NCBI GenBank assembly: GCA_049968235.1
Contig: JBMFRC010000002.1
Location: 64,001-128,000 of the forward strand
Source: Candidatus Hydrogenedens sp.
GTDB taxonomy: Bacteria > Hydrogenedentota > Hydrogenedentia > Hydrogenedentales > Hydrogenedentaceae
Direction of reading: 5' to 3'
DNA: 64,000 nucleotides
The notes under the pieces are model-generated. The model was given only the letters and a program-made list of their open reading frames with translations. It ran no database searches and had not been told where the DNA came from. Positions 17,322 to 27,379 of this stretch are shown here, in pieces. The first letter of the stretch is position 1. Each line of letters opens with the position of its first letter. Position numbers and translations under genes: made by a program.

Positions 17322-19058
17322 TCAATTCTTCGTATACCTTAAAAGACTACCTGCACTTAATCCTTTCTGAAAAACTCCTTCTCTGACAACCCGTTTTCCA
17401 TTAATAATTACCTCATCCACCCCGGATGGCGATTCTTTCGGCGACTTAAAACATGCTTTTGAATCTATCTTATCCATATCAATTACAAGCACATCTGCGT
17501 AATATCCCTCTTTAAGCAGTCCACGCTGCTTTAAGTTAAAATGTTCTGCCGACAATGATGTGCATTTACGAACAGCCGTTTCTATGTCCACCAGTTTTAA
17601 TTCTTTACAATACCGGCGCAAATATCGTGGATAGCAACCGTAAAACAAAGGCGACGGCATACCGAAGCCCATCAATATTGCATCTGTGGAAATCATTACC
17701 TTTGGATGTGCCATTGAAGGGAAAGTTGTGCGTTCTGTAAATAAATCATCTGGTTCCGTAATACTTTCAAACACGAGCACATGCCCTTCCTCTTCAAGCA
17801 GTAAATCGCAGGCAGTATCAAATGGATGCTGTTTCCGTTCTCTTGCAATTTCTATAAGATTCATACCTTCATATCGTTTGTTCTTTTTAGATTGAACTGC
17901 CATTATGTGTGCACATTCCCAACCCATAAGACAGAATAAGTTCAATGTCCACGAATCGGGACCTGTATGTGGCCACTCCATTTTACCGTGTTCGATACTA
18001 TTTAACATTTTCTTTCTCAAATCATGGTCTTTTAACCGATTCAGAACCTGTGTCCTATCTCCTTCTAAAGCCCATGGCGGGAAAAACGCTAAAAGATGGG
18101 TAAAACCAGTTGTCGTTGGCATAACATCCACACTTATATCAATTCCTTTCTCTTGATTCCCCACAATCCTTTCGATGGCTTGTTCAATAGGTTTCCCTAA
18201 TGGAACAGGAATAGGCATCCATTGGGCTAAACTTGCCATCATACGAATTAATGACCGAACAAAGGGACCCATAAACCCCATATCCGGCACCCAGAATAAA
18301 TGAGAAACCTGAGCCCTTATCTGATTTTCACACGCAACAGTTGCTACCTCATCTATCGCTTTATCCAAAGTATTACTATAACTCCGCAAATGACTTGTGA
18401 AAATCCCTTCATACTTCTTCAGAACTTTTCCAAGTTCCACCAATTCTCGCGTATCACTTTGACTACCCGGATAATATTGCAGTCCTGTGGACATACCTAT
18501 GCCACCTGCATCCATAGATGCTTCTAAGGCTCCTGCCATTTTCTGTATCTCTTCATCTGTAGCATATCGGTTTTCGGTACCAACCCCATGTAGTCTTAGT
18601 AACCCATGAGGTATTAAAATAGCTGTATTCAGTGGAATACCTTTATGCTCTAAAAAATCAAAATACTCACTCGTGGTTCGCCATTGGAATTCCTTTTCCG
18701 GGTCAAAACTGGAAAAAACCTCAATATATGTAAATATAGCTTCCTTCCCAGACTCCAATACAGGAGAAAGACCCATTCCACAATTTCCACCGACAAAAGT
18801 AGTAATCCCTTGTTTAATTAATGGCATTAGCAATTCTTCTGCGTTCTCTTTGTGCAAACTTATATCTGCATGAGAATGAGGGTCTATAAAGCCAGGACAG
18901 ACCATCCTTCCCTTAGCATCAATTTCCTCCTTCGCCTCTGCTTCTTTCAAGTTACCGATAGCAACGATTTTACCTTGTTCAATTGCAAGGTCGCCGGCAT
19001 ATGCCTTTTCTCCACTACCATCTACAATTTTCCCATTCCGAATAAGAACATCAAACAT
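17322..19058 (-). CDS. N-acyl-D-amino-acid deacylase (D-aminoacylase) family amidohydrolase (578 aa)
   Basis: N-terminus MFDVLIRNGKIVDGSG...GFIDPHSHADI (HxH metal site), typical of the D-aminoacylase / amidohydrolase-3 family. The length fits. Confidence 0.8.
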   Translation of the reverse strand: MFDVLIRNGKIVDGSGEKAYAGDLAIEQGKIVAIGNLKEAEAKEEIDAKGRMVCPGFIDPHSHADISLHKENAEELLMPLIKQGITTFVGGNCGMGLSPVLESGKEAIFTYIEVFSSFDPEKEFQWRTTSEYFDFLEHKGIPLNTAILIPHGLLRLHGVGTENRYATDEEIQKMAGALEASMDAGGIGMSTGLQYYPGSQSDTRELVELGKVLKKYEGIFTSHLRSYSNTLDKAIDEVATVACENQIRAQVSHLFWVPDMGFMGPFVRSLIRMMASLAQWMPIPVPLGKPIEQAIERIVGNQEKGIDISVDVMPTTTGFTHLLAFFPPWALEGDRTQVLNRLKDHDLRKKMLNSIEHGKMEWPHTGPDSWTLNLFCLMGWECAHIMAVQSKKNKRYEGMNLIEIARERKQHPFDTACDLLLEEEGHVLVFESITEPDDLFTERTTFPSMAHPKVMISTDAILMGFGMPSPLFYGCYPRYLRRYCKELKLVDIETAVRKCTSLSAEHFNLKQRGLLKEGYYADVLVIDMDKIDSKACFKSPKESPSGVDEVIINGKRVVREGVFQKGLSAGSLLRYTKN

Positions 19059-19139
19059 AACTTCTTCCTTCTCTCTTCACTAAAATAAACGGGGAAAGAT
19101 TCCTTTCCCCGCACTGTGTTGAATATTGTCTTGATATTT

Positions 19140-22100
19140 TTAATTTGCCGGACCTACACCAAAGCCATCTTCTCCAACAGAATCGATATGATAACCGCCA
19201 GCATTAAAGAATTGAATTAATCGCAATAATTCAGTAAAGTCTATTTTCCAATTCTTAGGATTATAATCGGATGTGTGATAATTACAACTATGATTTACCC
19301 CATCACCAACATCATATCCATCTTCTGTAGATGTCGATACATCCGCACAGTGATATCCGAATGAATTAAAGAACTGAATTACACGCAATAACTCACGGAG
19401 TTCTATCTTCCAATTCCCGTTTACATCCGCACTATGTCGGGAAGGAGGTTCTCCTTCAGATACACCTTCTACAGTTCCTTCTCCCTCAGGCACACCTTCA
19501 GGACTTCCTTCTTCATTCGAAATCACAGTTGCAACCACAGGATAGACGAGCATATTGGGTCCACCTGTAAACGATACAATAGCAAGGTATTCCCCTGAAG
19601 AAAGGTCATTTGCACAGAATCTCACAACTATGGACTGGCTTTCTCCCGGAGCAAGATTATAATTATAATCAGAGGTAATTTGGAACACATCTGCTGATAA
19701 CTCTGGAGCACTTATTATCGCATTTCCTATCAAAGCAGATGTACTCAATTCAGAATTCATTATAGCAAATGTCCCTTCCACGCACTCACCCGCATTTACC
19801 TCACCTAGATCCAATACATAAGGATTAATAACTGGAACAACAATACTTTGTTCCCCCTCAGTTACTCCTTCGGGTTCGATAGGAAGAAACATTGCTTTTA
19901 GAACTGTATTTTGACTAATACTGAATGTTACAGGATTAGCTGTCCCAGCAAACTGCCCATTAATCGTCCAGCCCTGCCAGATATCTTTCGACGAATTATA
20001 AGTAGCCTGTGCGGTTACTGTGGTTCCAAAATAATAATACCCGGGCTGTAAACCTTCACTACTTTCAGGTGATACCTGAACTGAAACAGGAGCGGTATTC
20101 CCCTCTGTTACCACAGATAATTGATACATCGGTAAAATCTCACCTTCATTTGTCTCACTAAAGCATGGAGCACCACAGCCACCTCCATTACTCTTTGCCG
20201 TTGGGTCAACTGCAGAAACTACAAAGGTGATAATACTTTCTCCACTTTCATTGAAGGTAGCATTATATTCCGCTAAATTACAAACCCTATCTCCATCCGC
20301 ATCACCAAACGCACCTAAATACTGACTTGCAGAAGTATCCACCTGGTTTACTATGAAAGATATCCCTACCTGTCCTGCTATTTGAGAAAGCATTGATAAT
20401 GAAATACCTTCTCCCAATGTGGCTATTCCTGTAAATAATGCCTTCAACTGATTTACATCCACTTTTGATAAAATATTTTGAGGGATTACTCCCTGTGATA
20501 CCGCAGTATCAATTATATTCGTAAACAAGGCATAATTGCTTTGCCATGCAGACAATACACAACAACGGTTCTGAACACCCGGGTTCGCCAATATAATATC
20601 CAGAAGTTGCAATTGAGCAGACTCCACCATTTGATTACCATCGAAATCTGTTGTAATCGAATTAATACTCATCATTGAACAATATGCTTCCCACGCATTC
20701 CGGGCATTCCCTTGAACTCCAATATTACCACATGAGGTAATAGCACACGGTACTGGACAACCTTCAGGAATTTCTCCTTCACCCTCTACAATACCTTCAG
20801 TAGATCCTTCAGCGGAACCTTCTCCTTCAAAATTACCTTCGGGGAGCCCTTCAACAGTTCCCTCAGGTTCAATACACGGAGCATAACGGGACAGGTCACT
20901 TTCCTTATATTCAGAAGGAACTCCCTTTCCTGCTGAAATACCTGCTAATCCATCATACGCTTCTATATTTAACCACGTTATCGCAATCCGACCATCAAAG
21001 AACATCTCTATCTGGAAACTGGCTGTATCATTTGTAAAGTTACCATCAACCTTAACCTCATGATAGGTCACAACGAAACGGTCATCCAACTGCTTCCACC
21101 AGATTTGTCCGCCATCATTCGGTTTCAGATTATCAAACAGACCTGAAACACGCGGTATACGGAAATGATTTTCCGGTGATTCCTTATTCTCGGTATCCCC
21201 TTCTGTAAACGTTAAATAACCATTACTACCTATAAATACACGGTCATAAGCCACTCCATAAAGAATAACCTGTTTCCCGTCTGCCAGAGGTACCTCGACA
21301 TAGGCATCATCACCTAAACTGACCGGTGTTGAAAGTATCGAATCTACCGGGTAATCTGTAATCCCCGTAATAGTGCATGCAAAATAACCGTTAGCATTAT
21401 TCGCCGGAGTTAAAAGTAACCGTTTATTATCCAAGTCATTGTCAACAACAAAGTCTTCTGTAAACCAATCCGTTGCAGGTTGAGAGGGTGGACCGGAGGT
21501 AAAATTCACCTCACAAGGACGGAATTCTAAATCTAAGGGTCCGTTAAACGGGGACCAGGGTATCGTCATAATGGGTAAATCCCACCGACCTCCAAAAATA
21601 CTAATAAATACATTCGGATAAAACTTAACCGTTAAAATAAGGTTACAAATTTCATTATAGTTCATCACAGAGCGATAGCCATCTTCACCTACTTGTACGG
21701 GTACGGATTGTCCCTCCTCCCAGAATAATAAACCTTCCTGTAAACTTATAGTATCACATTCCAGGGAACCATTTGCATCCGCTGAAACATCAATACCTGC
21801 CCCTGATGAAAAAGGAATCCACTTTAACCAGTCCGGTAAAGTAACACCTACTAAGTTCAATATTACTTTTACAAGGTCCACATCAAACAAATGCGTTTTA
21901 GGTGTATTATCTTGAATCGTAGAGGCAGTATCTAACAAAAAACTATTAAAATAATCATATGCAGTTGTACGAAATTCCACATCAGGAATGTAAGGAACAT
22001 CTACTGTAAACGGAGGAATAATTCCTATATCAAACCCCGCTTTCATGAGCAATTCCGCTCCGAAATCATACCCCCAGAAGCCACTGGCATTACCTGCTGT

Positions 22101-22943
22101 TAACCATGGCGGATTTAAATGGAAAAAGCCCTGCACATCCGCCTGGTAATTAGCAACTGCTGCAGCGCGAATACGCACCTGAACTGGAAATCCTCCCGGA
22201 TTTTCCTCAAATCCACCCTCTCCTTTACCATTAGGCCACCAGCCTGAATCAAAACTTAGGTTTAACCCTTTCATTGGTGCGGTAAACTGGACAGGTTGCG
22301 TTTCTACTGCTTTACCTAAGTCTCCCTTTACATCAACCTTAACTATCTCTTCAACACCACCTGTAACAGTATATTCTGTATTAATTGATTTCATACCCGA
22401 ACAGGGTTCTAACACTTGTACAATAACTCCAGACTTCCCATCCTGTTGATAATCCCAGCGAATTAAAACGGGACGAACCCCATTTTCCGAATAAATCTCT
22501 TTCCTCTGCTCTACATATAAAAGTTTATCTTTCAAAAAACATTTCGTCTCACTTACACCTTCATTCCCTTTCGTTTGAACAATAGACCATTCTAAAGAAA
22601 TGTTTTCTAATTGCAATCGAAAATTCTTGCTACCATCGTTTGACATTATCTTTTCCGTCTTATCAAAATATTTCTCTAATAATGCACGATTCATTGAAGT
22701 AAAGCCAGGAAAGCCAACTCCTTGTTTACCGAATTGCATTATACTTCGACGAACAACGCCATCTTCGCTGAATTCCACATATTCCAGAGAACCCTCTTCT
22801 CTTGCTAACAACTGAAGTTTTGCATCAGGAGGAATATTATCTCCTTCCCAGCGTGCTGAATATACCCAGTATGATTCTGTAAAACCAACAGCAGAAATAC
22901 ATACAATAAGAATTAATGCAAACATTAACTTCTTGTATTCCAT
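19140..22943 (-). CDS. Giant secreted multidomain protein (1267 aa) with (P)EG-rich linkers and C-terminal dockerin/EF-hand-like tandem repeats
   Basis: Signal peptide MEYKKLMFALILIVCISAVGFT. Low-complexity linkers EPEGTVEGLPEGNFEGEGSAEGSTEGIVEGEGEIPEG and EEGSPEGVPEGEGTVEGVSEGEPP. Two C-terminal repeats: DVNGNWKIELRELLRVIQFFNSFGYHC and DYNPKNWKIDFTELLRLIQFFNAGGYHI. An internal GDADGDRVCNLAEY Ca-loop-like motif. Confidence 0.7.
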   Translation of the reverse strand: MEYKKLMFALILIVCISAVGFTESYWVYSARWEGDNIPPDAKLQLLAREEGSLEYVEFSEDGVVRRSIMQFGKQGVGFPGFTSMNRALLEKYFDKTEKIMSNDGSKNFRLQLENISLEWSIVQTKGNEGVSETKCFLKDKLLYVEQRKEIYSENGVRPVLIRWDYQQDGKSGVIVQVLEPCSGMKSINTEYTVTGGVEEIVKVDVKGDLGKAVETQPVQFTAPMKGLNLSFDSGWWPNGKGEGGFEENPGGFPVQVRIRAAAVANYQADVQGFFHLNPPWLTAGNASGFWGYDFGAELLMKAGFDIGIIPPFTVDVPYIPDVEFRTTAYDYFNSFLLDTASTIQDNTPKTHLFDVDLVKVILNLVGVTLPDWLKWIPFSSGAGIDVSADANGSLECDTISLQEGLLFWEEGQSVPVQVGEDGYRSVMNYNEICNLILTVKFYPNVFISIFGGRWDLPIMTIPWSPFNGPLDLEFRPCEVNFTSGPPSQPATDWFTEDFVVDNDLDNKRLLLTPANNANGYFACTITGITDYPVDSILSTPVSLGDDAYVEVPLADGKQVILYGVAYDRVFIGSNGYLTFTEGDTENKESPENHFRIPRVSGLFDNLKPNDGGQIWWKQLDDRFVVTYHEVKVDGNFTNDTASFQIEMFFDGRIAITWLNIEAYDGLAGISAGKGVPSEYKESDLSRYAPCIEPEGTVEGLPEGNFEGEGSAEGSTEGIVEGEGEIPEGCPVPCAITSCGNIGVQGNARNAWEAYCSMMSINSITTDFDGNQMVESAQLQLLDIILANPGVQNRCCVLSAWQSNYALFTNIIDTAVSQGVIPQNILSKVDVNQLKALFTGIATLGEGISLSMLSQIAGQVGISFIVNQVDTSASQYLGAFGDADGDRVCNLAEYNATFNESGESIITFVVSAVDPTAKSNGGGCGAPCFSETNEGEILPMYQLSVVTEGNTAPVSVQVSPESSEGLQPGYYYFGTTVTAQATYNSSKDIWQGWTINGQFAGTANPVTFSISQNTVLKAMFLPIEPEGVTEGEQSIVVPVINPYVLDLGEVNAGECVEGTFAIMNSELSTSALIGNAIISAPELSADVFQITSDYNYNLAPGESQSIVVRFCANDLSSGEYLAIVSFTGGPNMLVYPVVATVISNEEGSPEGVPEGEGTVEGVSEGEPPSRHSADVNGNWKIELRELLRVIQFFNSFGYHCADVSTSTEDGYDVGDGVNHSCNYHTSDYNPKNWKIDFTELLRLIQFFNAGGYHIDSVGEDGFGVGPAN

Positions 22944-23165
22944 TGCAACTCTCCTTTATATTTTTTATTGATTTGTATTAAATTTCTTAATCCCTCAAAC
23001 ATAATTCTAAAACCACAAAACCATAAATACCATAAAAATTGACCTTTTATATAATCTTACCATTATTTTATACAAATTTCAATTTTTTTATGACAAATTT
23101 TTATTTTGATAAAAGAATAAAATAAGGTGTATGATAAATTAAACAGAAAAAGAAGGAGTACTGCA

Positions 23166-23498
23166 ATGATTAAAGATAGAATTGTTCGTATAAAGATGAA
23201 AAAGAATTTCAAGGAACAAAAGCCCTTTTCTTTCGTTGGGAAAATAACCCTCTGGTCTGAAAATTGGATAGCCTTAGAAGGAAAAGGAATTATGTTAACC
23301 CGTCAGCAGTCCAGTGGGGTACAAATAGATGAAGGAATTAAAGTTCTTTTAATCCCTCGTGAAAGCATTGACCATATACAGGTATTGCCAGATAATTTTG
23401 ATATAACCCAATTAAAAGTTACCACTGAAGGACAACAATTAGTTTTAGTAATTGATGGGAAACGCGATTCTATCCTTGGAGAAATGGGAGAAGGATAA
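23166..23498 (+). CDS. Hypothetical small protein (about 110 aa)
   Basis: ORF with a good RBS aaggag 7 nt upstream of ATG 23166 (MIKDRIVRIK...). The six-frame track extends it to a GTG at 23127. No family recognised. Convergent with efp. Confidence 0.4.
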   Translation: MIKDRIVRIKMKKNFKEQKPFSFVGKITLWSENWIALEGKGIMLTRQQSSGVQIDEGIKVLLIPRESIDHIQVLPDNFDITQLKVTTEGQQLVLVIDGKRDSILGEMGEG

Positions 23499-23518
23499 CG
23501 CACTTTTCTGTAATAATA

Positions 23519-24085
23519 TTAACCAGTAGACACACGCTCGATATACTTACCTGTTCGAGTATCTATTTTTATAACATCACCTTCTTTAATAAAGAGGGGA
23601 ACCTGTATTTTTGCACCACTTTCCAGAGTACAGAATTTTAATACATTTGTAGCGGTATCTCCACGCACAGCAGGTTCCGCAGAAACAACTTTTAATTCAA
23701 CAAACGGTGCCATTTCCGCAATAATAGGTTTATCTTCCAGAAAGTAAATAGAGCATAAATCGGACTCTTTCAAAAATTTCTTCTGCTCACCTAACATTTC
23801 TTCAGGAATAAAGGTCTGTTCATAAGTTTCTAAGTCCATAAAATAAAGGAGACCTTCCGACTCATAAAGATATTGCATCTTCCGCTCCAGCAACATTACT
23901 TCCTCCACTTCATCGGACATGCGAAAAGTTACATCCATTGTCCTTCCTGTTTTTACATTCTTTAATTTCGTTTTTAACATGGCTCGCCAATTACCGGGAG
24001 TAATATGTTGGAACTCCACAACTACCCAGATATCTCCTTCATAACGAATTGCCATTCCTCTGCGAAAACCAGAAACAGAAATCAT
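23519..24085 (-). CDS. efp: Elongation factor P family protein with atypical beta3-beta4 loop (188 aa)
   Basis: Length and overall sequence are EF-P-like (three-domain, ..GDTATNVLKFCTLESGAKIQVPLFIKEGDVIKIDTRTGKYIERV). The conserved KPGKGQA loop reads TPGNWRAM. Confidence 0.8.
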   Translation of the reverse strand: MISVSGFRRGMAIRYEGDIWVVVEFQHITPGNWRAMLKTKLKNVKTGRTMDVTFRMSDEVEEVMLLERKMQYLYESEGLLYFMDLETYEQTFIPEEMLGEQKKFLKESDLCSIYFLEDKPIIAEMAPFVELKVVSAEPAVRGDTATNVLKFCTLESGAKIQVPLFIKEGDVIKIDTRTGKYIERVSTG

Positions 24086-24209
24086 CCTTTCATTCCTTTC
24101 TTTGGGTTTCAGTTGAATCTTTTTTGCCTCTATTCATACTATATTATAAATTATTATAAATAGTTTATAATCCCTTTGTAAAAAAAACTTTTTAATATAA
24201 GGTAGACTT

Positions 24210-27047
24210 ATGAATTTTATAGTCTTCATTCCGTTGCTACTTCATCTCCTTCATTTCCCACAAATAAACAATCCTTTTGAAAATGCACATTTAATCATAG
24301 ACCCACGTATGAAAGATGTTATCCCTAATAACAATTTCATGACGAACACAAAAAATGACTGGATAAAAGACAGTCCCCACCAGATACATACACTATTCAG
24401 AAAAATTTTTGTTGTTGAAAAATTTCCTAAATTGGCAGAGATATATATTACTGCAGATGACTATTTTAAACTCTATATAAATGGTGAACATATTTTAGAA
24501 GGTCCAACAAACGGTTATCCTTTTGCCTACCCTTATTTTAAGTTTAACCTGACCCCATTCATTAGGACAGGGACAAATATACTGGCTATTCACACATATT
24601 ACAGAGGGTTAATAAATCGTGTTTGTGTCAGTGGTGATAATCGTTCCGGGCTTATCTTGAAACTTATACTTACCGATATGGAGGGACGAAAAACAGAGAT
24701 TGTATCTGATACAACATGGAAATGCTTCCCTCTGGATGCATTTATTACGACTGACACTATAGGTTATAAAACACAATTCATTGAGAATATAGATATGCTA
24801 AAATACCCAAAAGACTGGCAATCCCTTGATTTCGATGATAGCCACTGGATAAACCCCGAATTAGGAAAAAGTGACTACACTTTTGTTGACTTACCTGCAA
24901 AACCATTAGAAATAAAAAATGTTTTCCCCAAAGAAAAGAAAAAAATTAATTCAGGACATTTCATTTTTGATTTCGGTCGCGAAGTCGTTGGATACACGAG
25001 AATAAAAACTAGGGGTGAAAGAGGACAAAAAATGATAGTTTATCATGGGGAAGAACTGGATGAAAACGGATATGTCCGCTGGCAAATGCGAGCATACTGT
25101 GATTACAAAGAAGAAATCATTTTATCCGGTGAAGAAGATATTTCTCCTTTCTATGAATACCGTGCCTTTCGATATATTGAATTGGATAATGCTCCCGAAG
25201 AAACCTCCGTATGGGTTGAAGAACGCCATTACCCATTTGACACCACAAAAGTTCTCTTTTATTCTTCAGATAAGGATTTAACAAATATATGGGATATTTG
25301 TCAATTGGGAGTTCGACTTTGCTCGCAAGAAGGCTTTTTGGATTGTCCTTCCCGTGAAAAAGGACAATATTTAGGAGATGCAGTTATTACATCTCGTTCC
25401 TTTATGTGGCTTACAGGAGATACTTCATTAACAAAAAAATCATTAATAGATTTTTCTCTTTCAACAAAAATAGATCCTGGTCTAACAGCGGTTGCACCTT
25501 CCGGGTTTATTCAAGAACTTGCCGAATACTCCCTTCAATATCCATTAATGCTATGGGAATACTATCGTCATTCCGGTGACAAAGATTTTCTAAAAGCAAT
25601 GGCAACAGAATGTTTACCATCACTCCTATACTATTTTGCACAGTTTGAAAATGAATCCGGCTTATTAAACTCTACCGGGAAAAAACCTATTTTGATTGAT
25701 TGGCCCAAAAACCTTCGTGATAATTTCGATTATGATTATGCCCAGAACAAACCTAATGCGGTCGTTAATGCTTTTTATTACGGAGCCGTTACAACAACAC
25801 TGGAAATACAAAAGACGCTCGGCATAGAAGACACTGCACTCAAAGAAAAAGCAGAAAAAATATGGAATGGCTATCAAAAAATCTTTCTGGACTCTGAAAA
25901 GAAACTTTATAAAGATGCTCCAAACTCGAAACATTATGCTCTGCATAGCAATGCTCTACCTCTCTACTTTGGATTGGTAAAAGATGAAAAAGTAAAAGAA
26001 AATATTTTCTCTTTAATTGAACAAAAAGGACTTTACTGTGGTGTTTATATCGCATCTTACATCATTGAAGCATGCTTCAAAGAAGGAAATCCCGAATTAG
26101 GATGGAAACTATTAACAAACAACACAGAATATTCATGGAAGGAAATGCTTCGCAATGGGGCTACTTCCTGCCTTGAAGTGTGGAAACCCGAAATGAAATC
26201 AAATATGAGTTGGTGTCATGCATGGAGTAGTTGCCCTATTTATCTCTTATCGGAATATGTATTAGGTCTAAAAATCGGCAAACCCGGCTGGGAAGAAATC
26301 CACTTCTCCCCAGCAAAAATAAACGATTTACCCGATATGTTTCTCATTAAACCCTTACCTGATGGAGGTTATTGCTCTGTGAATATAAAAAACAATAACT
26401 ATAACCTGACCGTTCCTGAGAATATTCATGTAATAACAGATGGTGTGCAGTGTGGAAATATTTCTGTTCATACTGTTTTATCTCACCAAAGTCCGACAGA
26501 ACTATCCGAAGAAGAAAAGACACTACTGAAAAATTATCAGTGGGACATAAAGACAGAAAACACTCGAGGAATTTGGGTTTCTATCAAAAAACAAAAATTA
26601 TATGTAATTGAAAAAAACAAAGTAGTATGGCAAACTCTTTGTTCCACTGGGATAAAAGGAATAGGTGAAAAATTAGGTTCCGAACAAACCCCCAGAGGGT
26701 GGCATCAAATTGTTGAAAAAATTGGTGACAATGCCCCATGGGGACAAATCTTTCGCAATCGTCAACCCGTAGGGATATGGGATAAAAGTCAGATTACAGA
26801 TGAATCCCTTGTCCTAACTCGAATACTGCGTCTTGATGGCTTGGAAGAAACAAAGAATAAAGGTATTAATAACGAAGGAGAAATTGTAGATTCGTATCAA
26901 CGATTCATTTACATTCATGGCACCAATAAAGAAGAACTTATAGGCACTCCTTTTACACGTGGTTGTATCGGTCTAACTAATAATGATGTGATTATGCTCT
27001 ACAACATTGTTCCCCTCAACACGAAAGTTCTTATTACAGAAGAATAA
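24210..27047 (+). CDS. GH78 alpha-L-rhamnosidase-like glycoside hydrolase fused to a C-terminal L,D-transpeptidase (YkuD) domain (945 aa)
   Basis: N-terminal Bac_rhamnosid_N-like YITADDYFKLYINGEHILEGP. Six-hairpin catalytic-region motif LDCPSREKGQYLGDA. C-terminal YkuD-like block ..IYIHGTNKEELIGTPFTRGCIGLTNND (His ... Cys catalytic pair). Confidence 0.7.
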   Translation: MNFIVFIPLLLHLLHFPQINNPFENAHLIIDPRMKDVIPNNNFMTNTKNDWIKDSPHQIHTLFRKIFVVEKFPKLAEIYITADDYFKLYINGEHILEGPTNGYPFAYPYFKFNLTPFIRTGTNILAIHTYYRGLINRVCVSGDNRSGLILKLILTDMEGRKTEIVSDTTWKCFPLDAFITTDTIGYKTQFIENIDMLKYPKDWQSLDFDDSHWINPELGKSDYTFVDLPAKPLEIKNVFPKEKKKINSGHFIFDFGREVVGYTRIKTRGERGQKMIVYHGEELDENGYVRWQMRAYCDYKEEIILSGEEDISPFYEYRAFRYIELDNAPEETSVWVEERHYPFDTTKVLFYSSDKDLTNIWDICQLGVRLCSQEGFLDCPSREKGQYLGDAVITSRSFMWLTGDTSLTKKSLIDFSLSTKIDPGLTAVAPSGFIQELAEYSLQYPLMLWEYYRHSGDKDFLKAMATECLPSLLYYFAQFENESGLLNSTGKKPILIDWPKNLRDNFDYDYAQNKPNAVVNAFYYGAVTTTLEIQKTLGIEDTALKEKAEKIWNGYQKIFLDSEKKLYKDAPNSKHYALHSNALPLYFGLVKDEKVKENIFSLIEQKGLYCGVYIASYIIEACFKEGNPELGWKLLTNNTEYSWKEMLRNGATSCLEVWKPEMKSNMSWCHAWSSCPIYLLSEYVLGLKIGKPGWEEIHFSPAKINDLPDMFLIKPLPDGGYCSVNIKNNNYNLTVPENIHVITDGVQCGNISVHTVLSHQSPTELSEEEKTLLKNYQWDIKTENTRGIWVSIKKQKLYVIEKNKVVWQTLCSTGIKGIGEKLGSEQTPRGWHQIVEKIGDNAPWGQIFRNRQPVGIWDKSQITDESLVLTRILRLDGLEETKNKGINNEGEIVDSYQRFIYIHGTNKEELIGTPFTRGCIGLTNNDVIMLYNIVPLNTKVLITEE

Positions 27048-27274
27048 AAATAGAATAGGTAGCCATTTTACGAAAATAATTCATCAAATTTAATCACTAC
27101 TCATTGTTAAATACCCTTTTATACTTATCAGGATGCTTTGCTAAAGTTTTTTAGTTAATTGACGATAATAAGAACAGACAGTTGAATATAGTGATGTAAA
27201 TCCTCCATGAGTTATGAGTGTTCGTCCCAACTCTCATAAATTTATTTGAGTTCCATAGTTATATACTTCCTTGA

Positions 27275-27317
27275 GTGACGCCATAAAAGACCCAATATTA
27301 TGGCGTCCTTCTTTTTA
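27275..27317 (+). terminator. Rho-independent terminator
   Basis: Perfect 10-bp stem gacgccataa / ttatggcgtc with an 11-nt loop, followed by cttctttttatg. It lies in the 330-bp gap after the GH78-LDT gene. Confidence 0.6.
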
Positions 27318-27379
27318 TGCCTTTCAATTCATATATCCTTTATAATTTCAATATTATCTAAATACAGACCATTTAAACT

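Noticed and set aside
19400-20900. EG/PEG-rich tracts of the giant protein as possible collagen-like or CRISPR-like or nucleotide tandem repeats
   Set aside because: At the protein level they are irregular (V/P/T/S)EG repeats, not Gly-X-Y triplets. At the DNA level the copies are degenerate and lack a fixed period, so they are neither collagen nor a nucleotide tandem-repeat array.
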